A DNA stretch of 64,000 nt from the NCBI GenBank assembly GCA_051294905.1, contig CM119375.1:7006001-7070000 (forward strand), given 5' to 3'. This DNA is from Botryllus schlosseri (taxonomy: Eukaryota). The stretch's first letter is position 1, and every line of letters begins with the position of its first letter. Made by a program: the position numbers and the translations under genes. The notes under the pieces are model-generated. The model worked only from the letters and a program-made list of their open reading frames with translations. It was not told where the DNA came from and did no database searches. Positions 25,601 to 38,141 of the stretch are shown in pieces.

Positions 25601-28600
25601 AATTCTACTCAAGTACAAGTGGAAGTAGTGATTTCCAAGTAAATCGAAAAGTAAGTATTCTTGGCCTAGTTTTGCATAAAAGAGCTGAAAACTGTAGACG
25701 GGGAAGCAGTCTAAAATCATAACCACTGGAGTAAGTATGGCAAGTAGACAAAACCTACTTTAGTAGGTACTCCGAAAAAGTAGAAGTAGGCTACATTGTT
25801 ACTGACCTCCTCTGACTGATCATACCTAACATTGAGGTCTGAAGGTTTAATTTTCCAATATAGTATTTAGATATAGAAAAATCGCAGTCTTATCATTCCA
25901 TAATATTTATCAAGGAGGACACCCGGTATGGATGATGATGACATGACTGACAGCTCTGACGAGTCAGAAGAGGAAGATGAAGGCCAAGACAGGAGACAAG
26001 AATCCGGAACCGATCTGCCCTCGGAATATTGGCAGATACAGAAGCTCGTCAAATACCTCAAGGTGCATATTAGATATTATGCCTAGGGCTAGAACTGATA
26101 TCCTGACCCAATCCCGATCATGCCTTTTCCTTACTAAGTTTGGGATTTCAATCTGGAAAAGCATCCTGTCAATGTATTGCCTCATTTGCAGGAGATGTCA
26201 TTAATGGAGTAGCCTACTTCTAACTTTTTTGTAGGGATTTTGTCTACTTTCACTGTTTACTTTTGGATTTTATAAAGTGAAAAGTAGTTATTCGATAGGT
26301 TTGCACCATAACAACTGTGCGAACTAACCCCTGTAACACATTAACTGGATATATTTATAAAATTGTTACAGATTTGTAGTGTCATTAATTAATTTTGTGT
26401 TAGTCACGAAAATGCGCCCTGCAGTTTCAAGAGTACAAGAGGTTACATTGACATGAATTCACAATATGGAGACAATATGGAGAGCTGAGGAATGTAAACA
26501 TAAATTCTTGTTTCTAGGGGGGAAATCAAACTGCTACAGTCATTGCTCTTTGCGCCATGCGGGATTTCAACCTTGCGCAGGAAACCTGTCAGCTTGCCAT
26601 CAGAGACGTCGGCGGATTGGAGGTTCTCATTAATCTGCTGGATACGGAAGAGAGTAAATGCAAGGTATGAATTTCGTATCTATTGGAGGAGAGTTTGGTA
26701 TAACACACGACACTTTACAAAAATCGATGGATATTAAATATTAGTTTCGAACTGACTTTCGCAACCAATTCAACCATTTCACACATTTTTATGTAAAAAA
26801 ATTGTGAAAACTTTCAATATGAGCTAATTTAGGAGTAGCCTACATACTTTGTTACCATGTATGGCATGATAAATGCACGAGGTATAGACTTCATGGGACT
26901 GCTGCACTAGTTACTTAAGTGCTTTTAGTTCGTTTATTCTTTACAGCTTTCAACAGTACATTCATATCTTTATTGACTCGAAGAACTTTTCGCGTGACTC
27001 TTATCAAGTTCAACAGGCACAACAAAGGATATAGAGCAGAGTTAGATTCAAAACCAAATGGCGATTCACTTTCTCTTGAAGTAGTTTTGACACTTCTTTG
27101 AATGTGATATTTCTACTTGTAATTGAGTAGAAATTTACACTGTTAATTCACTGCACTACTACTCCCTATAAGTTTATCGCTCCATTTACGAGCGCTCACA
27201 TCTTGTATCTTTGCTCTTCCACTTTAGATCGGATCTCTCAAGATCTTGAAAGAGATCAGTAAGAACATTCAAATAAGACGCGCCATCGCCGATCTAGGCG
27301 GTTTGCAGACCATGGTGAAAATACTCAAGGAAAGCAACAAGGAGCTGAAATGCCTCGCGGCCGAAACAATAGCGAACGTAGCCAAGTTCCGGCGCGCGAG
27401 ACGCACAGTCCGACAACACGGCGGCATCAATAAACTAGTAAGATTCATCTTCGCTTCAATGACTTGAGTGCTGAGATCGCGACTTTACAGAACTTCAATA
27501 TTGCAAAAAACGATACGTTTATATTAACACATTTTTTCCACTCGAAACTTTTCGACTGACTCTTATCAGGAGCGAACGACGGTAAATGCAGTTAACCAAA
27601 TTTGAAATATAGGAAGAATTTTGTTGTTATGACGTAATAATGACAAGTTGAGAAAGGCAGATAATAAAGCACAGTTATAGTCAGTCGAAAAGCTTTGAGT
27701 GGATTAAATTTGACAGTATGAACAATTGAACACATTGTTTGTTACAATATACATTATAATCATTTTGTTTTGCATGAATAATAAGATAATCTTGTTTTAA
27801 TGATTTTGTCCGTTCAACGCTGTTGTTGATGCACTGTTGATTTTGTGCACCCGTATTCTGTAGGAATATGTTAGATGTGTAATAGGGTTGTCCAAAATTT
27901 GGAAAATTTTTAAAATGCTGGGTTGTAACGTCTCATCCTATAGGTTATTGATGAAAAACATGAATGAACCTGCAAAAAGCCCATAGAAAAGCAGTCAAGA
28001 TTTCGTGCAAAGCGTTTGAAAGTAGCAGCCGGAGAGTGGGCGTGCCACCGACCATAGAACGGCGAGAAGACTAGTATCCACGAAGTCACGACTGTTGATT
28101 GGCTAATCGGCTATGCTTCAATAATCACGATGGCGCCGGCTTGAGCGCTTTTTGCAAGCTCTTTCATGTTTTTTATCAATAATCTTTACAACGCAGCATT
28201 TTTAACGTTTTCCAAATTTTGGACAACCCTAATGTGTAATGTGATCGATTTTTGTTTTTGTGACTAGGCCAAAATTTGGGGTACGCTGATCGCTGAAGGC
28301 TTGTAGTTTAGTTAGGGTTGAGGTTAAGAACCACCGTGTTTAATTCACCGATAAGATTTGTGCAAAGTAACAAAACTTCAAGTCAAACGTGTTCTTCTAT
28401 CCAGGTCGGCCTCCTCGATCAAAAGCCCTCGTCTCACCCGCACTCCCACTCCCACAGCAACGCCGGTAGCGATGTCGAAGTGGCCAGATGCGGCGCCCTG
28501 GCCTTATGGAGCTGCAGCAAGTCCACGAAAAACAAACACGCCATCAGGAGAGCTGGCGGTATCCCACTTCTGGCCAGGCTGTTGAAATCTACCCACGAAG

Positions 28601-31600
28601 ACATGCTTATCCCAGTAGTAGGCACGCTGCAGGAGTGTGCATCCGAGGTATGTCTTGGTACATTCTGACTGATACATCTTTGGGATGTGCTGACTGGAAT
28701 ATCTTTGGGATGTAATGACCGGAACATCTTTGGAATCTACAAACGTGTTTCTTATGCAATGTTGGAATTTTTACAGCCCAGCTATCGTCTCGCTATCCGC
28801 ACGGAGGGAATGATCGAAAGCCTGGTGATCAACTTGAAAAGCCAAAACCCCGAGCTGCAAATGCACTGCGCCGCCGCGATCTTCAAGGTTGGTGCTCTTT
28901 GTGTTATTTTACTCTCTACGCATTCGACTACTCAAGTTGAGTATCCATTGTAACCAGAAGTGGTCAGCGATGAAGTAGGCTACTTCTACTCTTTCAGAGT
29001 ACTCGAGTATGTTTTACTTACTTGTACAGCTTGCTCAAGTGGTTTACTCAAAACTAGGCCTGGAATACTTGCTTATTTACTTATTTGGAAGTATGCTGTC
29101 GAATAGGGTTGCCATATTTTGGGAATCTGAAAAGAGGACACTTTTTCAAAATTTTCGGACTTACAATACCGTAGTAAAATACTGACAAATGTTATATGGC
29201 TGACGACACTACAAATCGGTGCAGTATCTGAGATTATATGTTATTAATCACCTCTGCTTGAAACTACAGTGTGCCGAGGATAAAGAGACAAGGGACCTGG
29301 TCCGGTATTTCGGCGGTCTAGACCCGCTGGTGAAGCTTTTGGAGCAGTCTCAAAACAAAGAACTCCTGGCTGCCGCGACTGGCGCCATCTGGAAGTGTGC
29401 GATATCTCGCGAAAACGTCGAAAGGTTACTGATATTCCCACACTGTTAGACAGCGTAGGAACTGATCTCGTGTGTTACGAATTACAGATTTCAGGAATTG
29501 AAGTGTATCGAGCAACTGGTCGGGTTGCTGACTGATCAACCGGAGGAGGTGCTCGTCAACGTCGTCGGTGCGCTTGGTGAATGCGCGCAGGTGAGCACGT
29601 AGTACTTACTCTTCGTTTTGTGTCATCAAAGTACAAAATATCAAGCGCATAGTTGGACAAAAAGATTTTGCAAACAGGACATCTTAGCTTGGGTTATGTT
29701 TGAGCTAGACCAGTGGTTCTCAGCCACTGGTTCACCATATAGGCCTATTTTCTGTATCTCAATTGATGCAATAATTTGGACACTTGTCCATTAATGAGAG
29801 GTACGAAATTAGAATTTTGAATATATTTCAAAGTTTGGAACATGAACTTCATTGCATATTGTTGTAATATAGAGTTCATGATCTATTTTGGACCTGATAT
29901 ATGTCATAATACTGCAAGATTTTTACCAAACTGTTCAAATCAGCCCACAACTCGTTAAGACCAGTTATATGTGAAGGCTAAAAAGTCTTTTGAAACAAAA
30001 TTCGTACAATTTAATGCCAATTGGCAGTATCATAAATTCTAGCTGACGGCAAAGTCTTTCAGATGATGCCCAACAATCAAAATCAAGTTAGCGAATTTCA
30101 AGAAGGCTATTGTTATCAAAAATGGAGCAACAAATTTCTCATTAAATTGAAGTTTCCAATATTTGATTTCGAGTTGCGTACATTTGTCATAATTACATTC
30201 AGGGTTAATTTTGATTTTTGATGTTTGACCTGTTCCAGGCTAAAAAGGTTGAGAACCACCGTACTACACGGCGTAAAGTTTGTCGGATAATTCATTTAAT
30301 GTGTCGATTATTTAGGAACCGGCGAATCGCCTTACCATCAGAAAGTGCGGCGGGATACCTCATCTCGTTCAATTGCTGACAGGCACGAACCAGGCCTTGC
30401 TGGTGAACGTGACCAAGGCCGTTGGCGCTTGTGCGACGGAGCAAGACAATATGACGTATGCATTACGAATTTATGATTTTTAACATTGTGATTTAATTGA
30501 CTGTATGACAATACATAAAGAATACAATGCTAGTTTTATATCTCATAACAGATAATTTTGTATATTTTCGACCGTACTTATTTCGTTGCACTTAAATGCT
30601 GTGGGTTGATTACGACATCACGGATATATCATTTCCACTAACGTGTGTAGCTTTGCCATACATACCACCTGTTTTGTTACTGCAAAACGACCAATCGAGG
30701 TTTCAAGACTTACACAGTGGAACATTCACTTTAAAAACTCTAGTTCTTGTTGATAAATTAGATCTTAGTGGATAGGAAGCAGGGTTGTAACCAAGTCACA
30801 AGTCAATCTCACTTTTATAGTTTTGACTCGAGTCAAGTCGAGTCATTTTCAATTCACCACTGAGTCAAGTCCGAATCAGTGAGTAGAGGGTCGAGTCCGA
30901 CTCATAGTGTTCACTGTTCAGCAGGGTTGTAATGACTCGAATCATGACTTGACTCGAGTCACGATTTTCTGATGACTTGACTCGAGTCATTTTCTCAAAA
31001 TACGGAAATGACTCGCCTCGAGTCAATCTGTGTTTTGACTGGACTTGGACTCGAGTCATTGCGCATGACTCAAACGGCCAAGACCGACATTTCATTATAA
31101 ATTCGAATAGTAAAGTGACCACACTATTGGGATTTCGTCTATTGGTAATGGTACTTGAAAATGCGATCAAAAATTGCTAAAAGTGAGGAAAATGAGTATA
31201 TTATAAACGCGAATTATTCGATATCACCAATCACTGTTGTAAAACGTGAGTTTAACAAGACTTTAACTGGAAACTGAGCAGTCAACACAATGACTTCCAC
31301 TTGGACTCGAGTCATAATACCATAACTCGGACTCGACCCTCTGCTCGATGACTTGGACTAGGACTTGACTCGGTGGTGAATTTAAAATGACTCGACTTGA
31401 CTCGAGTCAAACTATAAAAGTGAGATTGACTTGTGACTTGGTTACAACCCTGGCGTTCAGTTTTGAGTTCAACCCACTTTTTGAATGGCTCGCATTCAAT
31501 ATATAGTAATTTTCCTCAGTCCTTACAGTTTCTGACCCTATTTTCCAAGTATCAGGACTGATAGACGAAATACCAATAATGTGGTGAAGTTAGAATGAAA

Positions 31601-34575
31601 TGTTTGTCTTGACCGCCCAAGTCTCGAGTCATATGACTTGATTCGAGTCATGCACAACGACTCGAGTACGAGTCGAGTCAATAAAAAAATTTACTTGAGT
31701 CGAGTTACCAAATAATCGTGACTCTGCAAGTAACCATATCTAGAACCGAGTTCGATTTGATTGCAGAATTATCGACAAGCTGGACGGCGTGCGGTTGCTG
31801 TGGTCCTTGCTGAAGAATCAAAACGCCCAAGTACAGGCGTCTGCCGCGTGGGCCGTATGTCCCTGCATTGAAAACGCGAAAGACGCAGGCGAGATGGTGC
31901 GGTCTTTTGTGGGTGGCCTGGAGCTTATCGTGTCCCTGCTCAAGTCAAACGATTTGGAGGTGAGGAATGACACAGTGTTGTGGTTATGCAACAGTGGTGA
32001 CCTTTATTATGCCGGCGTGCCCTTAAGCTAGGCTGCATGCGTTTGGCGAACCCAAATTTTTGCCTATGCACAAAAACAAAACCTACCTCATTAAACGGCT
32101 AATACATTATTGTACAATACTGGTGCACCAGATATACTGTCACAACAACAGTGTTAAGAGAACAAAACCAATAAAACATGATTTGCACAAAAACAAAAAG
32201 GTTATAATGAATAGTTACTGAAATTCAGTGTGGAAAATTCCCTTTGCTCCTTCCACTTGTGAATGTTTTGTAGTTAAAATTCAAAGGTTTTTGCTATCCA
32301 AATTTGTTTAGTACTGACATGGTTCTTCAGCTAGATTCTGCTGTGATTTCGTCGAATACAAAGCCGTGTGTTAAGTCTTGTTTACGAATGTCCATGCGTA
32401 GTGAATCGCACTTATACCCATCGCACAAAATTGTTTTGAAATTACAAGTTTTTGTGGAACTAATACAGGATTCTATGTCCCAAACTACATTTCCAATCTA
32501 CTTGCTCAAGTTGAAACGAACGACATTGGCTTTTTCCTTGGGCAATGTCAGCGGCTATCTTGAGCTCCCCTAGTATATGTAGTGGCGTGGGAAGGCATTT
32601 TCATTATGTCTGTACCATCGATGTTCTTTTACGATGGAGATGCAAAGAAACCATAAGGTTATCGAGTCAACATCACCAGGGAGAGATAGAATATATTCAA
32701 TTTGGGAATTAGTTTTAGCTACGTCACCATGTGCATTCAGGTCCATATTTGATAAAATTTGTGCATGTATACTGGCAATGCCTATGCGCACACATTATTA
32801 CGATTATTACAAGCCCGTTACATTGACACAGGTCTTGGCAAGCGTCTGCGCCGCGATCGCCAACATCGCCAAGGATGAAGAGAACCTGGCTGTCATCACC
32901 GATCACGGAGTAGTGCCAATGCTCGGGAAGCTGGCGTCCACTGTAAGTCTGCATCGATGTTAGCTATCGTAACTCGGGCTGAGCACAGTTATTCAATTAC
33001 GCAAATCTGACTGGAGTATTATTTTCAATTATTCGAGTCGTGTGAGTCGTTTTTTTCAAGTACCAAAATCATCGTTTTGACATTTCTTTGAATACGTATA
33101 GTGAAATCGCGGCCGTTTCACAGAGTAATGTCATACTTATGGTTGAAGATACAGTGTCATCGGTAATATTTTACTTGTCAGCGCATTAAAGGTGCATATT
33201 TAAACAGCTTCTTATGACGATTGACGTCATAATAATTCAAAGTTAAATGCTCGTAATCGAAATTAAATCAAATCAGTCTGCCCAGCTTTAATCATGAATT
33301 GATGTTGGAATAGCAATATCACGTGGTTTTTGTCCTTGATGTTTTTACGGCATATACACTGACTCATGCTATACACACACACGATCTGTGCATACTGCAT
33401 ATGCATACCATGAGTGCATGATGTGCCACTGGACAAGGAAGGTGCAGAAATAGACTCGTAAGGCTTTCTAAGTCTTGCACCACGCCTCCATGCAAACACG
33501 GAAATGGTGAGTGCCAATCGGGGAAGCCACAGATACCAGTGTTACTAATCAGGTCTTTGGTCTGACCCGGCCGGGGATGGAACCCACGACCTACCGATCA
33601 GGATGCCAGACGCTCCACCATTACGCTATGGTGTTGGATCTTGCTGTCTCAATTCTCCATACATTTCAATTCAGACCAACGACAAATTACGCCGGCATCT
33701 GGCCGAGGCCATCGCGCGCTGCTGTACGTGGGGCCACAACCGCGTGTCTTTTGGCAAGGAAGGCGCGGTGGCGCCGCTCGTGCATTATCTACGTTCGAAA
33801 GACGAGAACGTACACAGGGCGACGGCGCAGGCCCTGTATCAGCTGTCGAGAGATCCCGATAATTGCATCACGATGCACGAAAACGGCGTCGTCAAGGTGA
33901 GAGTTGTGAGACGAATAATTGTTGTTTTCGAACGGAATTTGTGTCAACCTAATTTCAAATATTCGACAATACTTCTAGATTCTAAGCAATTGTACAGATC
34001 CAGGAGTATAAATATACATTTTGCGCACAGATGGAATTTCCCAGTGTAACTACTATTTCTTTCAAATTCAAAATTTTCAACTCTAATAACTTCGCTTCTA
34101 CGGGTCCAAATTAAGCCAAATTTGTTAAGCATTGTTTTTTTTAGGCAACCTAACAGTTTCAAGCTGTAGCCAGTGAAATTTGTTGAAGAAAAAAAATTCA
34201 ACCTTCATAACTTTCCTTCAATGGGTTCGAATTGAAGTTTGATGTGCAGCGTTTTTTTGGGCAATCCGACAATTTCATAGGGTACCTAGCTAGTAAAATT
34301 TGAAAAACGAAGCTATTTTTGAACAAACCAACACCAAATATTTGGGCGAGAGCGAGGCTACGCTGTCGTGCATAGGCTCGCTACGAGAGGCCGACACGGA
34401 AATTGAGTGGGACAAATTCAGTCTGGTCACGTGACCGAATCGGGCTTCGCCTTGTTTTCAGCTTCTTCTTCACATGGTCGGCTCTTCGGACGAGGCGCTT
34501 CAGGAGGCCGCCGCCGGATGCATCAGCAACATTCGCAGGCTGGCGCTGGCCAACGAGAAAGTCAAGTACACTTGA
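16629..34575 (+). CDS. ODAD2: Outer dynein arm docking subunit 2 (armadillo repeat protein ARMC4), 22 coding exons, 1048 aa
   Basis: Phase-consistent GT-AG exons: 16629-16739, 17132-17244, 17480-17637, 20683-20771, 20837-20943, 21210-21316, 21480-21616, 21677-21793, 22624-22768, 23382-23547, 25915-26062, 26518-26664, 27228-27437, 28405-28647, 28777-28887, 29270-29424, 29488-29590, 30316-30455, 31767-31959, 32832-32942, 33675-33896, 34462-34575 (3147 nt). Motifs [56 protein letters not shown] and C-terminal [22 protein letters not shown] match ARMC4 as recalled. Confidence 0.95.
17913..19879. mobile_element. Sola-like non-autonomous DNA transposon in ODAD2 intron 3
   Basis: Termini GAG...CTC; imperfect ~55-bp TIR gagtaattccct.tcaacatgcaaa...ccgtctccacaccc; 4-bp TSD TCAT; internally duplicated blocks. 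Confidence 0.65.
18897..19030. mobile_element. 134-bp MITE nested in the Sola-like element
   Basis: TIRs cctgtttggaatc / gattccaatcagg; flanking direct repeat taatgct; same termini as 48752-49162. Confidence 0.7.
22812..23328. mobile_element. hAT-type MITE in ODAD2 intron 9
   Basis: Perfect 12-bp TIR cagaggtggtca / tgaccacctctg; no TSD retained. Confidence 0.7.
27883..28231. mobile_element. hAT-type MITE in ODAD2 intron 13
   Basis: TIRs tagggttgtccaaaattt / aaattttggacaacccta; perfect TSD ATGTGTAA. Confidence 0.85.
29711..30261. mobile_element. hAT/Charlie-type MITE in ODAD2 intron 17
   Basis: TIRs cagtggttctca / tgagaaccaccg; degenerate TSD agctagac/tactacac. Confidence 0.6.
30922..31452. 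mobile_element. hAT-type MITE with TGACTCGAGTCA arrays
   Basis: TIRs cagggttgtaa / ttacaaccctg; near-TSD ctgttcag/gcgttcag; family copies at 54727-55261, 56211-56706, 63923-end. Confidence 0.8.
33380..33635 (-). mobile_element. tRNA-derived SINE in ODAD2 intron 20
   Basis: Minus strand: A-box-like tagcgtaatgg, B-box-like ggttccatccc, then body ggtcagaccaaagac; 3' boundary approximate. Confidence 0.6.
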
Positions 34576-35479
34576 ACCTGGCGCGGCGCGCGGATCGGTG
34601 CTTTTTTATGACAGAGAATTTATTATGTGATATAGTATTAAATGTATTTAGTAGAGCCGGATTTTTCAATAAACCAAATTTTGAAGCCATGTGTCGACTG
34701 GTGGAGTGGTGGTGTGTGGCAGCTTGTTACGAAGCGGTATATTTATCGTTTGTCGTCAGGATTACGCTCGTAAGCTTCGGCGTTTAATGGATAAGGCTTG
34801 TATGGTCGGGATGGAAGCTATTTAGCGTATTAACTCATTTATTACTCCAAGTATATGCAGGCGTAGTCAATACAAATGTTGTTCTACATTTTAGGGGTAG
34901 GCTACTTGACAGATTTTAGTCAAAACTGGGTCCAGAATATTTACTTTCTTACTTGGAAATCTCTACCTGAAGTGAGAAAAAATTTACGACGATACTTCTG
35001 TCGACCTTGACTACTACCAACTCTGAGTATATGACAGCAATTTTTTGTCTGATCCGCGTCAAATGCCGTGACGGCTTTTTACAGATAGCCTACATCCAGA
35101 TATGGGGTAATCGCGATTAGTAATCGTAATCGATTACGACGATTACAGCATTTTCAAGTAATCGCAATCGATTACATTCGAAAAAATCTCGAAGTAATCG
35201 TAATCGACTACTTCCCATAATTAATCGATTTCTTTGTGAAAGAACGATTACTTTTTATTTGTACGAGGACTGTGACATAAACTGAACCAGACATGGGGTA
35301 ATCGCGATTAGTAATCGTAATCGATTACGACGATTACAGCATTTTGAAATAATCGTAGTCGCAATCGATTACATTCGAAAAAAATCCGAAGTAATCGTAA
35401 TCGACTACTTCCCATATCTAATCGATTTCTTTGTGAAAGAACGATTACTTTTTGTTTGTACAAGGACTATGACATAAAC

Positions 35480-36361
35480 CAGGGGCGGGCAACTTCTCCA
35501 GTCGGCGGGCCGGATATAGGAAAATTAGGACCTTGGCGGGCCGGATTGCTAAATCGATACATTATTCGCCCATTTATCCACATATGAAAGGAATAAATCG
35601 TATTTAATGAATGTAATTTAACGACAACAATGTAACTTCAAAGCCATTTCTCGCCAATAATGTCGAAGACAATGTGGATTTGAGAACAGCATTGTCATAC
35701 ATGCACCACTATATCTGCTTCTCTGTGATCAATCAACACACGGTGCAATTCTTAATTAAGATTTCAAGGCGTTCGATAAGCCTGGTACCCCAAGTTTACC
35801 AAGATATCGAGTCCTTATAGTCATTAGATTGCGTGGTTGTTCACTGTTCAGCTATGTGGACTATTTTATCTCGATATGGAATTCTTGCGGCCCGCAGCTT
35901 CCACGAAATTTAAAAGTGGCCCCCGACCCATTTTGAGTAGGCGACTCCTGGCATAAGCGGTGTCTTACAGAAGCCTTGAAGTGTGCCGTGCTACAAGTCG
36001 ACGGTTACGGAATCAAAAATAAGAAATATCGGCCTCGTGTAAATGACCATTTTAGTCGACGAACACCATCATGATTACCACAAATGACATTAGGCCTGAG
36101 TACATCGTAAATGCTGATAATGCAACAAGTCTTCTCGCTTCGACGGATTTACGCATAAGCTCCACCCTCGCTCGCCGCGCAAGTGCGCACTGCGCATACA
36201 TGTGTATAATGACATACAGTCACTAACATTTGACGTATGTAAGCAAGTAGTGGGGAATCTTGGATGATGACTTGGGCCGCGGGCCACACCATCATGCAAG
36301 ACGGAAAACTGTCCGCGGGCCGGACAAAATCCCTTCGCGGGCCGTTTGTTGCCCACCCTTG
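35480..36361. mobile_element. 0.88-kb hAT element, inverted relative of 8606-11496
   Basis: TIRs caggggcgggcaac / gttgcccacccttg; perfect TSD ACATAAAC. Confidence 0.85.
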
Positions 36362-37661
36362 ACATAAACTAAATATTCGTGTACAAGAATGAGATAATAT
36401 ACCACGTTAGCGATAGCACAAACATCTGATTTTCAAACGCCACTACTCATTGTTACATCAGAAGTATTAGCTCCGCTCGTCATTGCGTAAGAAGTATCCA
36501 CACATAGTAAACACTAAACAGGCATGCGATGGACATTGTAGTATGATTGTAAGAACACCCCCGGTGGTGTATACTGTATATCAGGTTATCAATACACTGC
36601 AGAAGCCCCTATATCGCAGCAGGATATTGATCACCACTCTGCCTATAGTTTCAAATAGTAACTTATGTATTGATGTTTGGTTGTGCTTAGTTAAACTAAG
36701 TTTCAACGTTGCAGCTTGGCGAGCAGTAGGCCTATACGTACGCACGTACACCTGACAAAAATTCGGAATTTTGTACTCGTCGAATAAAACATTGCAGTTT
36801 CCACAACGAAGCATTACAAATAAACAGCTGCTGATATATATCATAACCGAGCCGTGCTTAGCCGTTTCTCGTAACAGCAGCTCGCAGTATCTGTATTAAG
36901 TTGAAGGCAGAATTTTTATGTTCACTATATCTTATTCTCATATAACTACTTCGTTACTCAGCATTTGGACCTGCCGCCATAACCATCCGCTTATATAGCC
37001 TGACATGTTAGCGTGGATTGTAGCTAGAATCAGAACCAACAGCAATTCGTCCCCCAGTCCGACCGTTGGTCAATTTTCAAAAGTGAATTTCGTCAATAAT
37101 ATTGGTCATTGCATTAGATTACTATTCATTTTTAACCTCTCTCAGCCCCGAGTGTCAGATTTACCTGTAGAGCTGGGGCACGTAATTCATAATTATAGCA
37201 TCTGGTATGTTGTTATAATTACTTTATTGTAGGTTGTTAATTCGTGACCTCCAGTCTGTTGATTAATCAAAAGATATTGTACTCGCCCAAACGTAGCAAA
37301 CTAAAAGAATATCTTTCGCGAGACGCACACACAAATTGTCATGGCTTTATTCCTATGTGGATGCGCCGGGTGGCATTTGCATTGTGGGCTCAGATTGGAA
37401 GGACAGGACTATTAACAGTCACGCCCACTCAGCGCGGCTATTGACAATTGATGAATACCGTAAGTTTCGGCCAAGGTATTTCTTTGGTATCGCATCCCGT
37501 GGAGTTGCGTGTTGGCTGAAACTGCATATGTCTTTGGGTGTGCTGTGGGATCGTGACGCGGTAATGACCTGCTCCGAAATGCCTGTTCCCATAAAATATC
37601 CTATGCATGTTTTGTCTTGAGGGGGAGAGGTATGCATGTCAAACCCAGCTATCTACTGGAG

Positions 37662-38141
37662 CAGGGGTCACCAACCGTTTTGAAACAAAAAACTACTTCT
37701 TGTGTAGTGTGTACTGATTATTGCAACGACCGACGGGTTACCACTCACTCCAGCCGTTTATCCGTGCTCAGTTGGATCTATTCACTTAATGTAAGACAAT
37801 CAAAGCACTGGGCCGGGTTTCCGCCCCTTACCAAGAACAAAAAACGCTCACTCGCCGGGACTCACACCAGCTCCTCCGGACTCAGTTGCGTTGCTGCAGT
37901 GCGCGCCAAAGCGCTAATCTCCGCGTCTAGACTCGGGAATATTAACTATAGATTCCCGTTGAGCCACCGCGTGGGCAAAGACGAGCAATGCCCCGATCGA
38001 CTGCGTTCGTATTCCTTGGGGTCGGCCGACCCATGTTCAACTGCTGCTCATATGAAACCAGCTTCAACTTTCAAATCTTTCATTTGAATATTTGCTACAG
38101 CGACCGCGGGCGACTCATTTGGTTCGCTTTGGTGACCCCTG
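37662..38141. mobile_element. hAT/Charlie MITE carrying a 28S rRNA fragment
   Basis: TIRs caggggtcaccaa / ttggtgacccctg; TSD tactggag/tactagag; empty site in the paralogous copy near 40000. Confidence 0.8.
37800..38098 (-). pseudogene. Degenerate 28S rRNA fragment
   Basis: Plus strand gacccatgttcaactgctgctcatatgaaacc and ttcaaatctttcatttgaatatttgctac match the antisense of conserved LSU sequence (GTAGCAAATATTCAAA...GGTTCCATGTGAACAGCAGTTGAACATGGGTC, recalled); weaker collinear match upstream; left boundary approximate. Confidence 0.8.

Noticed and set aside
37800-38098. Functional rRNA gene
   Set aside because: Short, mutated, isolated and enclosed in a MITE
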